A DNA stretch of 64,000 nucleotides from assembly GCA_038110525.1 (NCBI GenBank), contig JAYNJV010000005.1, forward strand, positions 4,892 through 68,891, in the 5' to 3' direction. Shown here piece by piece: positions 29,883 to 40,101 of the stretch (position 1 is the stretch's first letter; every line of letters starts with the position of its first letter). A model generated the notes under the pieces. That model was not told the origin of the DNA, did not search any database, and was given only the letters and a program-made list of their open reading frames with translations. Both the position numbers and the translations under genes were made by a program. This DNA is from Candidatus Poseidoniales archaeon (GTDB lineage Archaea; Thermoplasmatota; Poseidoniia; Poseidoniales; Poseidoniaceae).

Positions 29883-29960
29883 GGGTGCCTAACATTGTTC
29901 CACTCATTTGAGGATTTTGTTCATCAAAGCAAGTATCAACCAGTTCGCCATCGCGATAAC

Positions 29961-30392
29961 ATGGGCCGAATTGTCCTTCACCATCACGGCCGTCTAAAAG
30001 AGAAATCAATTGTTGCACTCTACTCGATATATGAACAGAGATTGAAATCGCGAAGCATCAAAATTGAATTCCATTCCGAGAAGTTAGAAATTCAAGAATA
30101 CTATGATCAAATAAGTGCTCTTGACGGTGAGAAAATTTTTCTTGATGAACGAGGAGCGTTTAAATCATCATTTGAATTTGCAGATATGATCAAAGAATCA
30201 ACCCTCGAGTCCCAAAACATCCATTTTTGTATAGGGCCCTTTGATGGGTGGCAAGGCGTTTTGTCTGATCATGACCTAAAATTGTCTCTATCGCCAATGA
30301 CATTGACGCATGAATTTACAGCAGTCCTCTTGTTGGAGCAAATATATCGGGCATTTGAAATTCTTCGAGGTTCAAATTATCACAAAGATTAG
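29961..30392 (+). CDS. rlmH: 23S rRNA (pseudouridine-N3)-methyltransferase RlmH (SPOUT)
   Basis: FLDERG, IHFCIGPFDGW, MTLTHEFTAVLLLEQIYRAFEILRGSNYHK (an RlmH-type C-terminal knot ending in YHK). ATG 29961 aligns with the E. coli RlmH N-terminus. Confidence 0.7.
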   Translation: MGRIVLHHHGRLKEKSIVALYSIYEQRLKSRSIKIEFHSEKLEIQEYYDQISALDGEKIFLDERGAFKSSFEFADMIKESTLESQNIHFCIGPFDGWQGVLSDHDLKLSLSPMTLTHEFTAVLLLEQIYRAFEILRGSNYHKD

Positions 30393-30438
30393 GGACGGAA
30401 TTTACAAATTTTTTTGACCAAAAAGGTAGGAAATTGTT

Positions 30439-31194
30439 ATGCTCATTGAATCATTTGCAAATAAAAATGTGCTTTACATTGTTGTTTTTTCAATGGCGTT
30501 GATTCTTACGATGTGGAGCCGCCATCAACCGTTTCCATCAATTTCAAAACGACTTGGAATCATTTCTTTTGGTTATCTCGTTTTACTCTTACTTGCTGAA
30601 ACTGCACCAAGACCAATGAAGTCAGAAGTTGTGTTACTTACTATGTTCGTATTTTCAGGTCTTGGAATTTGGGTTGGTATGTACCATCTACTCAAGACAA
30701 GACGCGATGTCATTATTGCACCTATGTTCGGATTTTTATTTTGTATTTCAAGCACAGGCTTGGTCGTGAATCTTTGGGATCAATTAGAATCCGTCGAGCA
30801 TTGGGTAGGGTTCCTCACCCTCGGCGCCCTCTATTCAGGGCAGACGTGGTTGGTTTTCAGAGGTTTGTTAATTGGAAGACTACCGTTAGCTTGGAGTCAA
30901 GCAGGCTTTATTGCCTTATCTCGAGGGCAATTGTATGGTCCTCACGGAGCGATAGAATGCTTTGAAAAAGCATGGGATGCGGAAGAGGAACATCTCAATC
31001 CGATGGCATATTTTGCTTTGATGAACATACATACTTTTCTCAACAACGACGATGAAAGGATTCGATGGAGTGATTTACTCGAACTCTCAGGTGGCAAAGA
31101 TGCGATCGATGAACAATGGATTGAAGCGGTGCAGAAACATATTGCCGCGTTAAGTAAAGCCTCTTTGGATGACACACCAGATACTGAAGAATGA
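30439..31194 (+). CDS. membrane protein (about 6 TM) with helical C-terminal domain, unknown function
   Basis: 251-aa ORF with hydrophobic helices through about residue 165, followed by a soluble acidic tail. Confidence 0.5.
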   Translation: MLIESFANKNVLYIVVFSMALILTMWSRHQPFPSISKRLGIISFGYLVLLLLAETAPRPMKSEVVLLTMFVFSGLGIWVGMYHLLKTRRDVIIAPMFGFLFCISSTGLVVNLWDQLESVEHWVGFLTLGALYSGQTWLVFRGLLIGRLPLAWSQAGFIALSRGQLYGPHGAIECFEKAWDAEEEHLNPMAYFALMNIHTFLNNDDERIRWSDLLELSGGKDAIDEQWIEAVQKHIAALSKASLDDTPDTEE

Positions 31195-31251
31195 TTGTAA
31201 ATTGATTCAAAGAATACAAGATTTAATAATCTTCGAGGTCGATTGTACATC

Positions 31252-31536
31252 ATGAATAGGATAGCCAAACGAGATGACTGGTCAATGCATACTATCATGT
31301 GGTATGCCGTTCTTGTTTGGTTTTCTGCAAGTTTGCTTTCCCAATCATTGTATCTTGCATTTTATCGTGAACCGTATGATGCAGTGGTGCTGCTCAAAAC
31401 ACTTGGTCCGATTTACTATCTTGTCCTTTTCATTGAAATTGTTATGTGGGTCATACTCTTCGTTCTTGGGTATTCAAAGATGAAATCATTTAAATCCAGA
31501 CCTGCTCCAGAATTCGTAAATTCAACAACGGTTTGA
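31252..31536 (+). CDS. small 2-TM membrane protein
   Basis: 94-aa ORF from an ATG, with two clear hydrophobic helices. Confidence 0.35.
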   Translation: MNRIAKRDDWSMHTIMWYAVLVWFSASLLSQSLYLAFYREPYDAVVLLKTLGPIYYLVLFIEIVMWVILFVLGYSKMKSFKSRPAPEFVNSTTV

Positions 31537-31624
31537 ATCGGTCGAAAATTGTTGATTTGAAAACGGTCGATTCCATTCCGAATACACCGATGAATTCAAA
31601 GGCTGTCAAAATTAAGGGTCTTTC

Positions 31625-32107
31625 GTGAATTCAAAGAAAGATGAGCCTTTTCTCTCCGGAATTCCAATGGATGTGGAACCCATCCATTTGGAACAGTTTT
31701 CGGAAGAATTGCCGAGACAAGCACGTTTGGTGAGTCTTGATGAAGCGAGAGATTCGTTGGAACAGGCTTCAAGCACAATGTGTATTCTCCAATCTCTCAG
31801 CGAAGAGGCACACGACCTTACGGATGAATTGGAGATTTTATTGGAGCAGTTGGACATCAACGATGAACATGTTGTACAGGTTGCAGAGCAACTTGCTTGC
31901 CTGGTAGCGCAATGGCAGGGATTGGTTGAAGAATTGGAATTGACAGGAGCAAGGATTGCTTCACTTGACCTCGGTCGGTTGGAATGGTATGGCATTGTGG
32001 ATGGTACATTGGCCATATATTCTTGGATGATTGGTGAACATGATATTGAATGGTATCATGATGTACATTGCAGTTTTCAAACCCGAAAACCCCTCATAGA
32101 AGCATGA
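31625..32107 (+). CDS. DUF2203-like protein
   Basis: The C-terminal block LGRLEWYGIVDGTLAIYSWMIGEHDIEWYHDVHCSFQTRKPL resembles the DUF2203 signature (GLVDF...LCW..GE..I.YWH....GF.GR.P). GTG start; an alternative ATG is at 31667. Confidence 0.45.
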   Translation: MNSKKDEPFLSGIPMDVEPIHLEQFSEELPRQARLVSLDEARDSLEQASSTMCILQSLSEEAHDLTDELEILLEQLDINDEHVVQVAEQLACLVAQWQGLVEELELTGARIASLDLGRLEWYGIVDGTLAIYSWMIGEHDIEWYHDVHCSFQTRKPLIEA

Positions 32108-32129
32108 ATGTGGTAGGCTTGGTGAGGCT

Positions 32130-32825
32130 ATGGTTCGAATAGACCGAGTTCATACTGGAGCAGGTGATGCAGGAGATACATCGCTTGTTGATGGGACTCG
32201 AACTTCAAAATCAAACCCTCGAATCCAAATCGTTGGGACACTCGATGAAGTCAATTCATGCATTGGTATCGTTTGCATGGAAGCACATAGGCTCCCCCAT
32301 CACTCTGATGGTGGTGATAGCAGTTCAATTCAACGCGTTCAAAGTATTGCATTACCTGCATTACAACGAATTCAAAACGAACTTTTTGACCTCGGTGCCG
32401 AATTAGGCTGTGATATCAACAACATCCCTGAATATGTGACATTACTGGAGACATATCACTCTGATATTTTACTTCAAGAAATGGAAGCTTGGATTAAAGA
32501 CACTCCGCCACTCACAAGTTTCATCCTACCTGGGGGTAGCCCCCCCGCAACATTTCTTCATCTGGCGCGGACGGTGACAAGACGCTTGGAGCGACTCATC
32601 GTTCAATTGGAACGAGACCAGCAAGGATCAATTCGCCCAATTGTGCTTCAATACGTCAATCGATTATCCGATTGGTTTTTTGTCCTTGGAAGGTGGATAA
32701 GTTCTACACTCGGTGATAGTGAACCACTTTGGCTGCCGTTAAATCAACGACCTTCAGAAAAAGGCATCGTTGATATTTTAACTCAAATGAAGGCAAATGA
32801 TGCTGATTTTGATGCTTTAGATTGA
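32130..32825 (+). CDS. ATP:cob(I)alamin adenosyltransferase, PduO/MMAB type
   Basis: RVHTGAGDAGDTSLVDGTRTSK, GTLDEVNSCIG, LPGGSPPATFLHLARTVTRRLER, NRLSDWFF. GGTGAGG at 32121-32127 precedes the ATG. Confidence 0.8.
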   Translation: MVRIDRVHTGAGDAGDTSLVDGTRTSKSNPRIQIVGTLDEVNSCIGIVCMEAHRLPHHSDGGDSSSIQRVQSIALPALQRIQNELFDLGAELGCDINNIPEYVTLLETYHSDILLQEMEAWIKDTPPLTSFILPGGSPPATFLHLARTVTRRLERLIVQLERDQQGSIRPIVLQYVNRLSDWFFVLGRWISSTLGDSEPLWLPLNQRPSEKGIVDILTQMKANDADFDALD

Positions 32826-33215
32826 TTGCAAAAACGCCTTTGCAGCTCGTACGACCTCAATTGTTTCATCATGAGTAATCAATTGGAAAGCACTCTCCCA
32901 ATCGAGCCAAATATAGTCACGATGTTCATGTGATAATGTAACATCTATCTCATCAGTTTCCGCAAGAAACCAATGAACTTCCTTCACTCTTTCTTTACCC
33001 TTGTAAGTGTAGGTGTACGAGGTGGTTTTTTGGAAGCCATCAACGATTCGTATCTCCTCGATGCCTGTTTCTTCATGAAGTTCTCTTTTCATTGTTTCAG
33101 CGAATGGTTCATCCTTTTCCACATGCCCTTTTGGTAGGTCCCAATGACCTTGAGGATACTGCAAGAGCAGAACTGTACCAAAATTCACCAAGACAACACC
33201 ACAAGATGTCTCCAT
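32817..33215 (-). CDS. NUDIX hydrolase (Ap4A-hydrolase-like)
   Basis: Nudix box GHWDLPKGHVEKDEPFAETMKRELHEETGI. I prefer ATG 33215 over the track start at 33263, which overlaps the MMPL gene. Confidence 0.75.
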   Translation of the reverse strand: METSCGVVLVNFGTVLLLQYPQGHWDLPKGHVEKDEPFAETMKRELHEETGIEEIRIVDGFQKTTSYTYTYKGKERVKEVHWFLAETDEIDVTLSHEHRDYIWLDWESAFQLITHDETIEVVRAAKAFLQSI

Positions 33216-33237
33216 GTGTTTCGGAAGTTCTCCCACT

Positions 33238-35568
33238 TCATTGATTTGACGGGTCGGTATCACCTTGTGTAAGAAATTTTTGACGCTGGAAAATTTTCGG
33301 TGACCACCAGTTGAACTTGCCCATCAAGCGCATCGTAGATGGTACAACCAAAGCCCGAACCAAGGTGGCATCGATGAGAATGGCAAGGGCCAATCCCAAG
33401 CCAATTTGTTTCAGAATAATAACCGAAGACAAGCCAAAGGCGCTAAACACGACGACCATAATGGCAGCAGCACCGGTGATGAGGCCCCCCGTCTTCTGCA
33501 GCCCGTTGGCCACGGCGAGCGTGTTATCTCCAGTTCGTTCCCATTCTTCGTGAATGCGAGACAACATCAGCACTTCGTAGTCCATAGAAAGTCCGAATAC
33601 AATACAGAACATGATGACTGGGTTGCCTGAATCAATAGGTTGGGCGGTGAAATTGAGCAGGCTTTCACCGTATCCCCACTGGAACACCCACACCAACATT
33701 CCGAACGAAGCTGAGATGGACAAGATGTTCATGGCGATGGCCTTGATTGGGATGATGACAGAGCGAACTTGGAGGAAAATCAACAAAATGGTAGCGACGA
33801 GGATGAAAGCCAGTGCTCGCGGAAGATTGTCGGCGATAGCGTCAAGATTGTCTGCATTGTAAGCGGCAAAGCCAGCAACCAACAAACGGTCATCGTCGCC
33901 ATCAAAGTCATCGAGAAAACCGTCCCGATGTTTTCGAATGTCCTCGACCATCATTCTGGAATCAACGTTGGTTTGAGCCCCCACCAATTGAAGAGAAATC
34001 ATAGTGGCGTTGTCACCCACCAAAGATGAACGCAAACTTTCTCGCATGGCAATTTGTTCAGCCGGGAGGAATTCATCTGGCGTTTGCCAGAATTGCAGTA
34101 CTTCGTCGACGTTCATAGTAGGGGACGGCAACCCCACACCGATGCCGCCTGACGTTCTTGAATCGTTAAGCAACTCGGTTATGTAAGCGTGCTGAACTCG
34201 CAGGTTTGCTTCCGAAAGGGGGTCGGCTCCGTCGGTATCAATGACCAAGAAAATCGAGTTGGCTGCTTGGTCAGGCCAGTGTTCATCGATGAGTTCCATA
34301 CCTTGTCTGGATTCATCATCGGGGGGCAGAGCCTTCCACGAAGAAAGGGAAAATTCAGCGTATGCAAATGGCAACCCAGCACCGATCAACAACACCAATG
34401 TAGGAATCAGAACAGCCCAAGGTCGGTCCATGACTCGCTTGGCGATGCGGGCCCACATGCCATCGTCTTTGGCCGACATATCAAACGCATAGGGAATTTT
34501 TCCTTTGTTGACTCGAGGACCCAACCAAGCCATTACTGCAGGTAGGACGATTGTTGAATAGATCATGGCAATGGAAACGGCGATTGTTCCCCCAATGCCG
34601 AGCGAAGGCAGCGAAGTGTTGGAAAAAAAGAGCATTCCCATGAGTCCAATAGCTACGGTGATGCCGGAATAGAAGACCGCTTTTCCAGCGGTAGCACAAC
34701 TCATTGCCGTGGCGGTCCGAACATCGTGACCACGGTCCAATTCTTCTCTGAACCGATTGACGAGGAACAAGGAATAATCAATGGACACCCCGATGCCAAT
34801 GAGAGAGACGATGTTCGTGGCATAAACGGTCACGTCGGTGATGTTTGACAGCAATACGGTCATCCCCATAGCTGCGATCAGCGTCCCTCCACCAATACCC
34901 ATTGGAAGGATTGCCGCAATGAATGAACCAAAGATGAGCCCTAAGATGATGAGTGTGAGCGGAATTGCAACGAGTTCGGCTTTGATGAGGTCGTTTTTGA
35001 TTCGGTCGTCGAAGGTCCAATCAATTGCAATACCATCGGTCTTCCAACCCTCAAATCCACTTGCGATTTCAATTGAATCGTGGTGTTCGTCCATGATGGC
35101 TTTGGCCTCTTTTCGGCTGGTAGCAAAGTGAACGGTATTGATAGCGTAATTGCCGTCATCACTGCTGACGAACACATCGTCTCTATCAACATCATCAGCA
35201 AGCCAAGAATAGTCAATCGTCACATGAGGTTGTTCCGCAAACGGTTTCAAAGCCGCCACTACTGCATCTTGCCATTCAACAGTGGAGTCGTTCAATGTAG
35301 GATGGTACACGAGATATCTGAGCGTTTGCCCTCCGTCATCATCGTCGGTTCCGAACCGCTCGGCGATGAGTCGTCCTGCATTGACGGACTCTACATCGTC
35401 TTCACCGAATCCTTCTGCCCAATCTGCCCCAATGGACATGAGTCCACCCATGAAGATACATGAGATGAGGCCAAAGGCCATCATCACCTTTCGATGATCG
35501 TGGATGAACAAGCCGAGTCGGAAGAAGAGGCGGTTTTTGAGGACCTCAGGGTCGGTCGCACCTTCCAT
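33238..35568 (-). CDS. MMPL/RND-superfamily membrane transporter
   Basis: 776 aa with two repeats of six TM helices plus a large loop. Typical MMPL blocks: SIDYSLFLVNRFREEL and GLSMDYEVLMLSRIHEE. Confidence 0.8.
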   Translation of the reverse strand: MEGATDPEVLKNRLFFRLGLFIHDHRKVMMAFGLISCIFMGGLMSIGADWAEGFGEDDVESVNAGRLIAERFGTDDDDGGQTLRYLVYHPTLNDSTVEWQDAVVAALKPFAEQPHVTIDYSWLADDVDRDDVFVSSDDGNYAINTVHFATSRKEAKAIMDEHHDSIEIASGFEGWKTDGIAIDWTFDDRIKNDLIKAELVAIPLTLIILGLIFGSFIAAILPMGIGGGTLIAAMGMTVLLSNITDVTVYATNIVSLIGIGVSIDYSLFLVNRFREELDRGHDVRTATAMSCATAGKAVFYSGITVAIGLMGMLFFSNTSLPSLGIGGTIAVSIAMIYSTIVLPAVMAWLGPRVNKGKIPYAFDMSAKDDGMWARIAKRVMDRPWAVLIPTLVLLIGAGLPFAYAEFSLSSWKALPPDDESRQGMELIDEHWPDQAANSIFLVIDTDGADPLSEANLRVQHAYITELLNDSRTSGGIGVGLPSPTMNVDEVLQFWQTPDEFLPAEQIAMRESLRSSLVGDNATMISLQLVGAQTNVDSRMMVEDIRKHRDGFLDDFDGDDDRLLVAGFAAYNADNLDAIADNLPRALAFILVATILLIFLQVRSVIIPIKAIAMNILSISASFGMLVWVFQWGYGESLLNFTAQPIDSGNPVIMFCIVFGLSMDYEVLMLSRIHEEWERTGDNTLAVANGLQKTGGLITGAAAIMVVVFSAFGLSSVIILKQIGLGLALAILIDATLVRALVVPSTMRLMGKFNWWSPKIFQRQKFLTQGDTDPSNQ

Positions 35569-35619
35569 GAACCAGCGGGCAAATCATGAGTTTATCAAAA
35601 AGTGCATTTCACCTTAGGA

Positions 35620-36099
35620 TTATAATACTTCAAAAATATACAAAAAACCGAGGAATGAGTGAATAAAAACAAGAATCATGACCAAATCTGAAGCCCTACC
35701 ATGTTGCTTTTTTTGTAGTGCAAACGATTCCCCTTTTTCTTTTAAATCAGCAGCTCGTCGGCCAAATCGCACCATGTAGTAGAGCAAGAACAGACCGATT
35801 GGGCCAGAAAAACCATGAAGGCTTGATGGAATGAGGCTTTTGAGCATGCTTTCATTGTGGATGTACGCATCAATTGCTCGGGCGACGAATGCAAGCAGCA
35901 CAATCATGATTGCAGAAACGAGTAAGCGTTCTCCAATTTTTTGATGTTGTGCGACATAAGTTGTCCGTTCTTCACCTTTGAATTGCAATTGTCTGGTTTT
36001 CCATGAATACTGCCACCACATTGCAGTGATGAGTACAATAGCAAAAATAGGATGGAGCAGCAAGACAACGGTTGAGAACATATCCATCTGATTCAGCAT
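35620..36099 (-). CDS. 4-TM membrane protein, unknown function
   Basis: 159-aa ORF with four hydrophobic helices. Confidence 0.5.
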   Translation of the reverse strand: MLNQMDMFSTVVLLLHPIFAIVLITAMWWQYSWKTRQLQFKGEERTTYVAQHQKIGERLLVSAIMIVLLAFVARAIDAYIHNESMLKSLIPSSLHGFSGPIGLFLLYYMVRFGRRAADLKEKGESFALQKKQHGRASDLVMILVFIHSFLGFLYIFEVL

Positions 36100-36212
36100 G
36101 ACTATGACTCTTACCTATGTTGATTTTGTGTTTGAGGAACGTCGTTGTCAAACTTTCATAGCGGTGGGTTGAAAACACACCGTTTCCGCGTTTGATATAT
36201 CGAGGTTATCCT

Positions 36213-39200
36213 ATGATTGAACTTAGGATGGAACAATGCTTGAAGGAGGTATTGGGCTATCCTAAACAAAATAGGCTCAAAATCGCCGTACGTTCTTCTT
36301 CATGGGAATTGCTCGATAAGCCGCACAAAGGCATTCTTTCATTTGCAATGAATGAAGAAGAAGTACCACCAGAAGATGATGAAAAGGGTTCAACAAGTCA
36401 ACCCGTGCGCAGTAGAGGCCGAAGATTGAGAAATAAAAGCAGAGGACAAGCCTCGGCAATGTCACCATTCGAATATCTCCCTGAATTAGATGATATGGAG
36501 CAATTCGAATTATCATCAGCATCGACCCTTGCAATCTTACTGATACGAAAGCAGATGAATGACCAACAATGGAATGATGATTTTGATGCCCTTGAACAAG
36601 TGATGAGAAACGATTGTCTTGAGAAAGGAGTCCATCCGGTTTGGCATATGATTGCAGAAAAAACGAATTATCTTACTCAATTTTTGGCGTTTTCTAAGGT
36701 GAGACCAAAATCAGAAACGGCCACAATTCAATTTGACGTTACTAAAGTTGCCATCAATCCAACGAAATCATCTCAAATTGTAGAATTGTTAACCCATGCC
36801 CTTGCTACAACGATAGACGCAAACTTACAAGTTGCAATGAATCGGTTGGTAAGTCAACTTCAGTCTTCTTCAGGCCATGTTAGTAAAGTTGAACAACAAT
36901 TACTTGAATTGAGTGGAGACCATAAATTCTTGAGCATTGTTTTGAAATTTTTCATTCAAGACTCGCTTGATGACGACGAACTTGCTTTTTTGCAGGGTTC
37001 AAAAAGTCAAGTCGCAAAACTATTGTATATTTATCATCAATTTCAAAACAAGGATTACTCTTCCTGGAAGGAAGTCATTGAACTCAATGGCGAAAATGAA
37101 CTTCAGTTATTCCTGCTTGAAACACTTTGGATGAATATTCCCGATGAGGCATCAGAACTCACTTCAGGACAACTTGAAGATGGCATCCAACGAATTCAAC
37201 ACATTTCTCATGCGAAAGCCCAGACTGAAAAAATAAAATGGTGGAAAATGAGTGCTTTGCAAAAAGAAGGAGAAGGGAGTGTTGCATTAGAAGTGCTTCA
37301 GGACCTTTCGATAAGTTCAACCACCGATATCGATGCATTGTTGAAATTTCTTACAATTTTTCCCCAAGAAGAAACGAGTTCTTGGCTTGAAAAATACTTG
37401 GATGTGATCGACGTCGATGGGTTGAGCGCAATTCTTGTTTCAAATCATTACGAAGGAGGATTGCAATTGCACATTGCTCAGAAAATATTCGATACGCATG
37501 GGTTGGACCTTGAACAAGAACGAAGTTTTCTCCTGCAAGCATTTGTTTGTGGATTGGATTTTGACCGGCTAATCCAATTGTTTCATCTGGACCCTGTGCT
37601 AAGTATGTCGTATCCTTATGATGCGTTATTCTGCTATCATGCTACTCCATCAGGATTGTCAGTCAACGATGAAAAAAGATTTCATGAATTAAGATTGCAT
37701 TCTATTCAAAGTTTAAACGATTCCCAAAGACCAAATTATTTGTCCGATGCAACCGAAGAACTTCTTCTTCTCATGGAAGGAATTCAAAGCGAATCGAATG
37801 CATTAATGAAAACCTTGGGCAATAAGACTTACATCGATTTTTTACCAATTATCAATGCACTTCATCACGGTATTGCAGAAGTCAATATTCAACAAAACAA
37901 ATTAGAAGCTGTAAAATTGAGGGTTGATAATACCGAAAATTTGTCCATTATTGAACGCCATTTGTTCAATGTGTTGTTTGCAACCATTTCCGTCAACAAC
38001 ATACGCCAATCGTTTCACAATCGAATGGAAGACACTGACCAAAGAAAGGTGTTGTCAAGTATTGTCAATCAGCCGTATTTTACATTAACAATTTTACATA
38101 CCATTCAAGAACTCGTTTTAGATTATGATTTAGGTATTCCCGAATTGGTTGAATGGTATCAACATTGGAGCCCCTCTTCACCTTGGCAGACTCTTTCAAG
38201 AGCTGCGCATCATGTAACTCGAAATGAACAACTCAATGCTGCACGGGAATACAAACGAATTGCCGACCAAATACATCAAGTTCGAATTCAATCGAATCAA
38301 GGAAAACAAAGTGAAGAAGATGTGAGTTATTACATCGAGCAAGGTGTGTTCGGAATTGAACAAGAAATCGCATTGTACCGCAAAGCTCTCATCCATTACG
38401 CCCACGCAGAACATTGGTCCGAGGCTTTAGAATTACTCGAGAAAAATGCATCCCTAAAATCCGCTCTCACCAAACGCTTCCAACTTTACCTACATGTGTC
38501 GGATTTAGCCAGCCGTCAGCAATCCGGACCAGCAACTCGTCTCATTTTGAATCACGTTCAAAAGAAGCAAGAGATGGCTGATGAACTTCATGATAATCAG
38601 CGATACCGAGAGACGTATGACGAAGAGGAACTTGAAACATTGCGAAGTTATACAACAAGTCATGCCATTCACTTGCCAGAAAAACCGTTCAATGGTCGAG
38701 TGATAGCAGCACATACCGAACTATCAAGGAAATTGTCGAGAAATAGGGATGAGTTCGAACGACGGTATCAAACACTTGCGAAGGAGAAAAAATTGGACAC
38801 AATGGCTGTGTATTCACTTGCGAAAGATGCAAGCCAAGAAAGTCCGTTAACTGGGTTAAAGATTCTCGAGAGAGCCCAGCATCAAACCAATATCACTTCC
38901 AAACAACGCGATAGTTTGCAGGCTGCTGAATTGAATTTATTCAAATCCTATGAATCAGAAATTGCGTTAAAGAACCGAAGTCAATTACGCCAATTAAATC
39001 TGAAACCACTTGTCATTATCGATACCAATATTCTTGTGAATGCTCTTATCGAAGAGGTGTATGCCCATCTCGGAATTATCGTTGGCCATCAACGTTCGAC
39101 AATGAAGCAGAGCGATTCTCTGGGCGATGTTCTTCCTAATTCTGGACTTGGTGATTTCTTCCGATTTTTGAAAAACCAAGCAGATTCTGGAAAGATTTTC

Positions 39201-39716
39201 CTCCATGTACCAGATGTTATTCGAGACGAATTGAATATGTTCAAGGACAAACAGCGATTAGAGAGGCAGATGAATCTGCAATCGATGTATTCTAAATCAA
39301 ATGGTAAAGAAATCACTCAGGAGTTCTTGCAACAGAAAATTAACGAAGTTATCGCTTCATTTTCCACGTGGAAGAGTCCGATTGAAATCAAAGCAGTCAA
39401 CGATATCAATACACCAGAAATTGAAGAATTTTTTGTACGCCATGAAGAAGTATTTCAAGAAATATCAGAGGTGAAGCAGAAGAATGGAGCAACGACTCCG
39501 AGAACCGAGATCGCTGGTAAGAAGTATTATCCCGAAGAAAATGACATGCAGTTATTGCACTATACAAAGTCGATTTCGGAACTCGCATCAAAAGATATCG
39601 GCGTCGTTCTCATTGCATCATATGACAATGATTTCACCTTTATCTCCCGTTCTTTGGAAGAAACCTTTGGATTTTCGGTTGTCCGAAATCCCAGAACATT
39701 GTCAGATTGGTTGTGA
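36213..39716 (+). CDS. large helical protein with C-terminal PIN-domain nuclease
   Basis: 3.5-kb uninterrupted ORF. The C-terminal 238 aa (39000-39713) carry PIN acidic elements in order: VIIDTNILV, DVIRDEL, EENDMQLL, SYDNDFTF. The start is ambiguous (TTG 36192, ATG 36213, ATG 36228). Confidence 0.75.
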   Translation: MIELRMEQCLKEVLGYPKQNRLKIAVRSSSWELLDKPHKGILSFAMNEEEVPPEDDEKGSTSQPVRSRGRRLRNKSRGQASAMSPFEYLPELDDMEQFELSSASTLAILLIRKQMNDQQWNDDFDALEQVMRNDCLEKGVHPVWHMIAEKTNYLTQFLAFSKVRPKSETATIQFDVTKVAINPTKSSQIVELLTHALATTIDANLQVAMNRLVSQLQSSSGHVSKVEQQLLELSGDHKFLSIVLKFFIQDSLDDDELAFLQGSKSQVAKLLYIYHQFQNKDYSSWKEVIELNGENELQLFLLETLWMNIPDEASELTSGQLEDGIQRIQHISHAKAQTEKIKWWKMSALQKEGEGSVALEVLQDLSISSTTDIDALLKFLTIFPQEETSSWLEKYLDVIDVDGLSAILVSNHYEGGLQLHIAQKIFDTHGLDLEQERSFLLQAFVCGLDFDRLIQLFHLDPVLSMSYPYDALFCYHATPSGLSVNDEKRFHELRLHSIQSLNDSQRPNYLSDATEELLLLMEGIQSESNALMKTLGNKTYIDFLPIINALHHGIAEVNIQQNKLEAVKLRVDNTENLSIIERHLFNVLFATISVNNIRQSFHNRMEDTDQRKVLSSIVNQPYFTLTILHTIQELVLDYDLGIPELVEWYQHWSPSSPWQTLSRAAHHVTRNEQLNAAREYKRIADQIHQVRIQSNQGKQSEEDVSYYIEQGVFGIEQEIALYRKALIHYAHAEHWSEALELLEKNASLKSALTKRFQLYLHVSDLASRQQSGPATRLILNHVQKKQEMADELHDNQRYRETYDEEELETLRSYTTSHAIHLPEKPFNGRVIAAHTELSRKLSRNRDEFERRYQTLAKEKKLDTMAVYSLAKDASQESPLTGLKILERAQHQTNITSKQRDSLQAAELNLFKSYESEIALKNRSQLRQLNLKPLVIIDTNILVNALIEEVYAHLGIIVGHQRSTMKQSDSLGDVLPNSGLGDFFRFLKNQADSGKIFLHVPDVIRDELNMFKDKQRLERQMNLQSMYSKSNGKEITQEFLQQKINEVIASFSTWKSPIEIKAVNDINTPEIEEFFVRHEEVFQEISEVKQKNGATTPRTEIAGKKYYPEENDMQLLHYTKSISELASKDIGVVLIASYDNDFTFISRSLEETFGFSVVRNPRTLSDWL

Positions 39717-39717
39717 T

Positions 39718-40095
39718 TTAGACAAATTGAGGAACATTTGTTCCTGTCTTTGGTGGCTTGAGCGAATCTTCATTGACTCTATCAATCAAATCTTTTCCTA
39801 AGATCATCGCACATGATAATTCAGTGCGGTCTGTAACTGACAATTCAACATCGTATGTGGTTCGACCAACTCGAATTTTTGCCTCGACCAAACGGCGAGT
39901 TTGTTTTCCCATAGCATTTCGAACTTGTATTTCACCAATTTCTTTCAAACCGAGAGCTTTTGCTAATTTTTTATCGATTGAACATCTCGCAGCACCGGTG
40001 TCAATTTTTGCCTTCAATCGAATCCACCACTTTCGTTTTCCTCCACCTTTTAGGCTCACCCATCGAGAGTCAAACGATTTTGCCATCGGCATCAC
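39718..40095 (-). CDS. retropepsin-like aspartic protease (DUF785 / so-called ATP-dependent zinc protease family)
   Basis: KIDTGAARCSID (DTG catalytic motif) and a later ILGKDLI flap-like block. 125 aa. It starts 6 nt downstream of icd on the same strand. Confidence 0.6.
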   Translation of the reverse strand: MMPMAKSFDSRWVSLKGGGKRKWWIRLKAKIDTGAARCSIDKKLAKALGLKEIGEIQVRNAMGKQTRRLVEAKIRVGRTTYDVELSVTDRTELSCAMILGKDLIDRVNEDSLKPPKTGTNVPQFV

Positions 40096-40101
40096 CCTAA
40101 A

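Noticed and set aside
29895-29960. TTG-initiated 22-codon extension of rlmH.
   Set aside because: Alignment from memory with E. coli RlmH places the N-terminus at the ATG at 29961 (MGRIVLHHHG versus MKLQLVAVG). The extension has no counterpart.
33311-35497. Multiple 60-130-aa ORFs on the plus strand opposite the MMPL transporter gene.
   Set aside because: They are shadow ORFs within a continuous 776-aa MMPL frame with conserved motifs.
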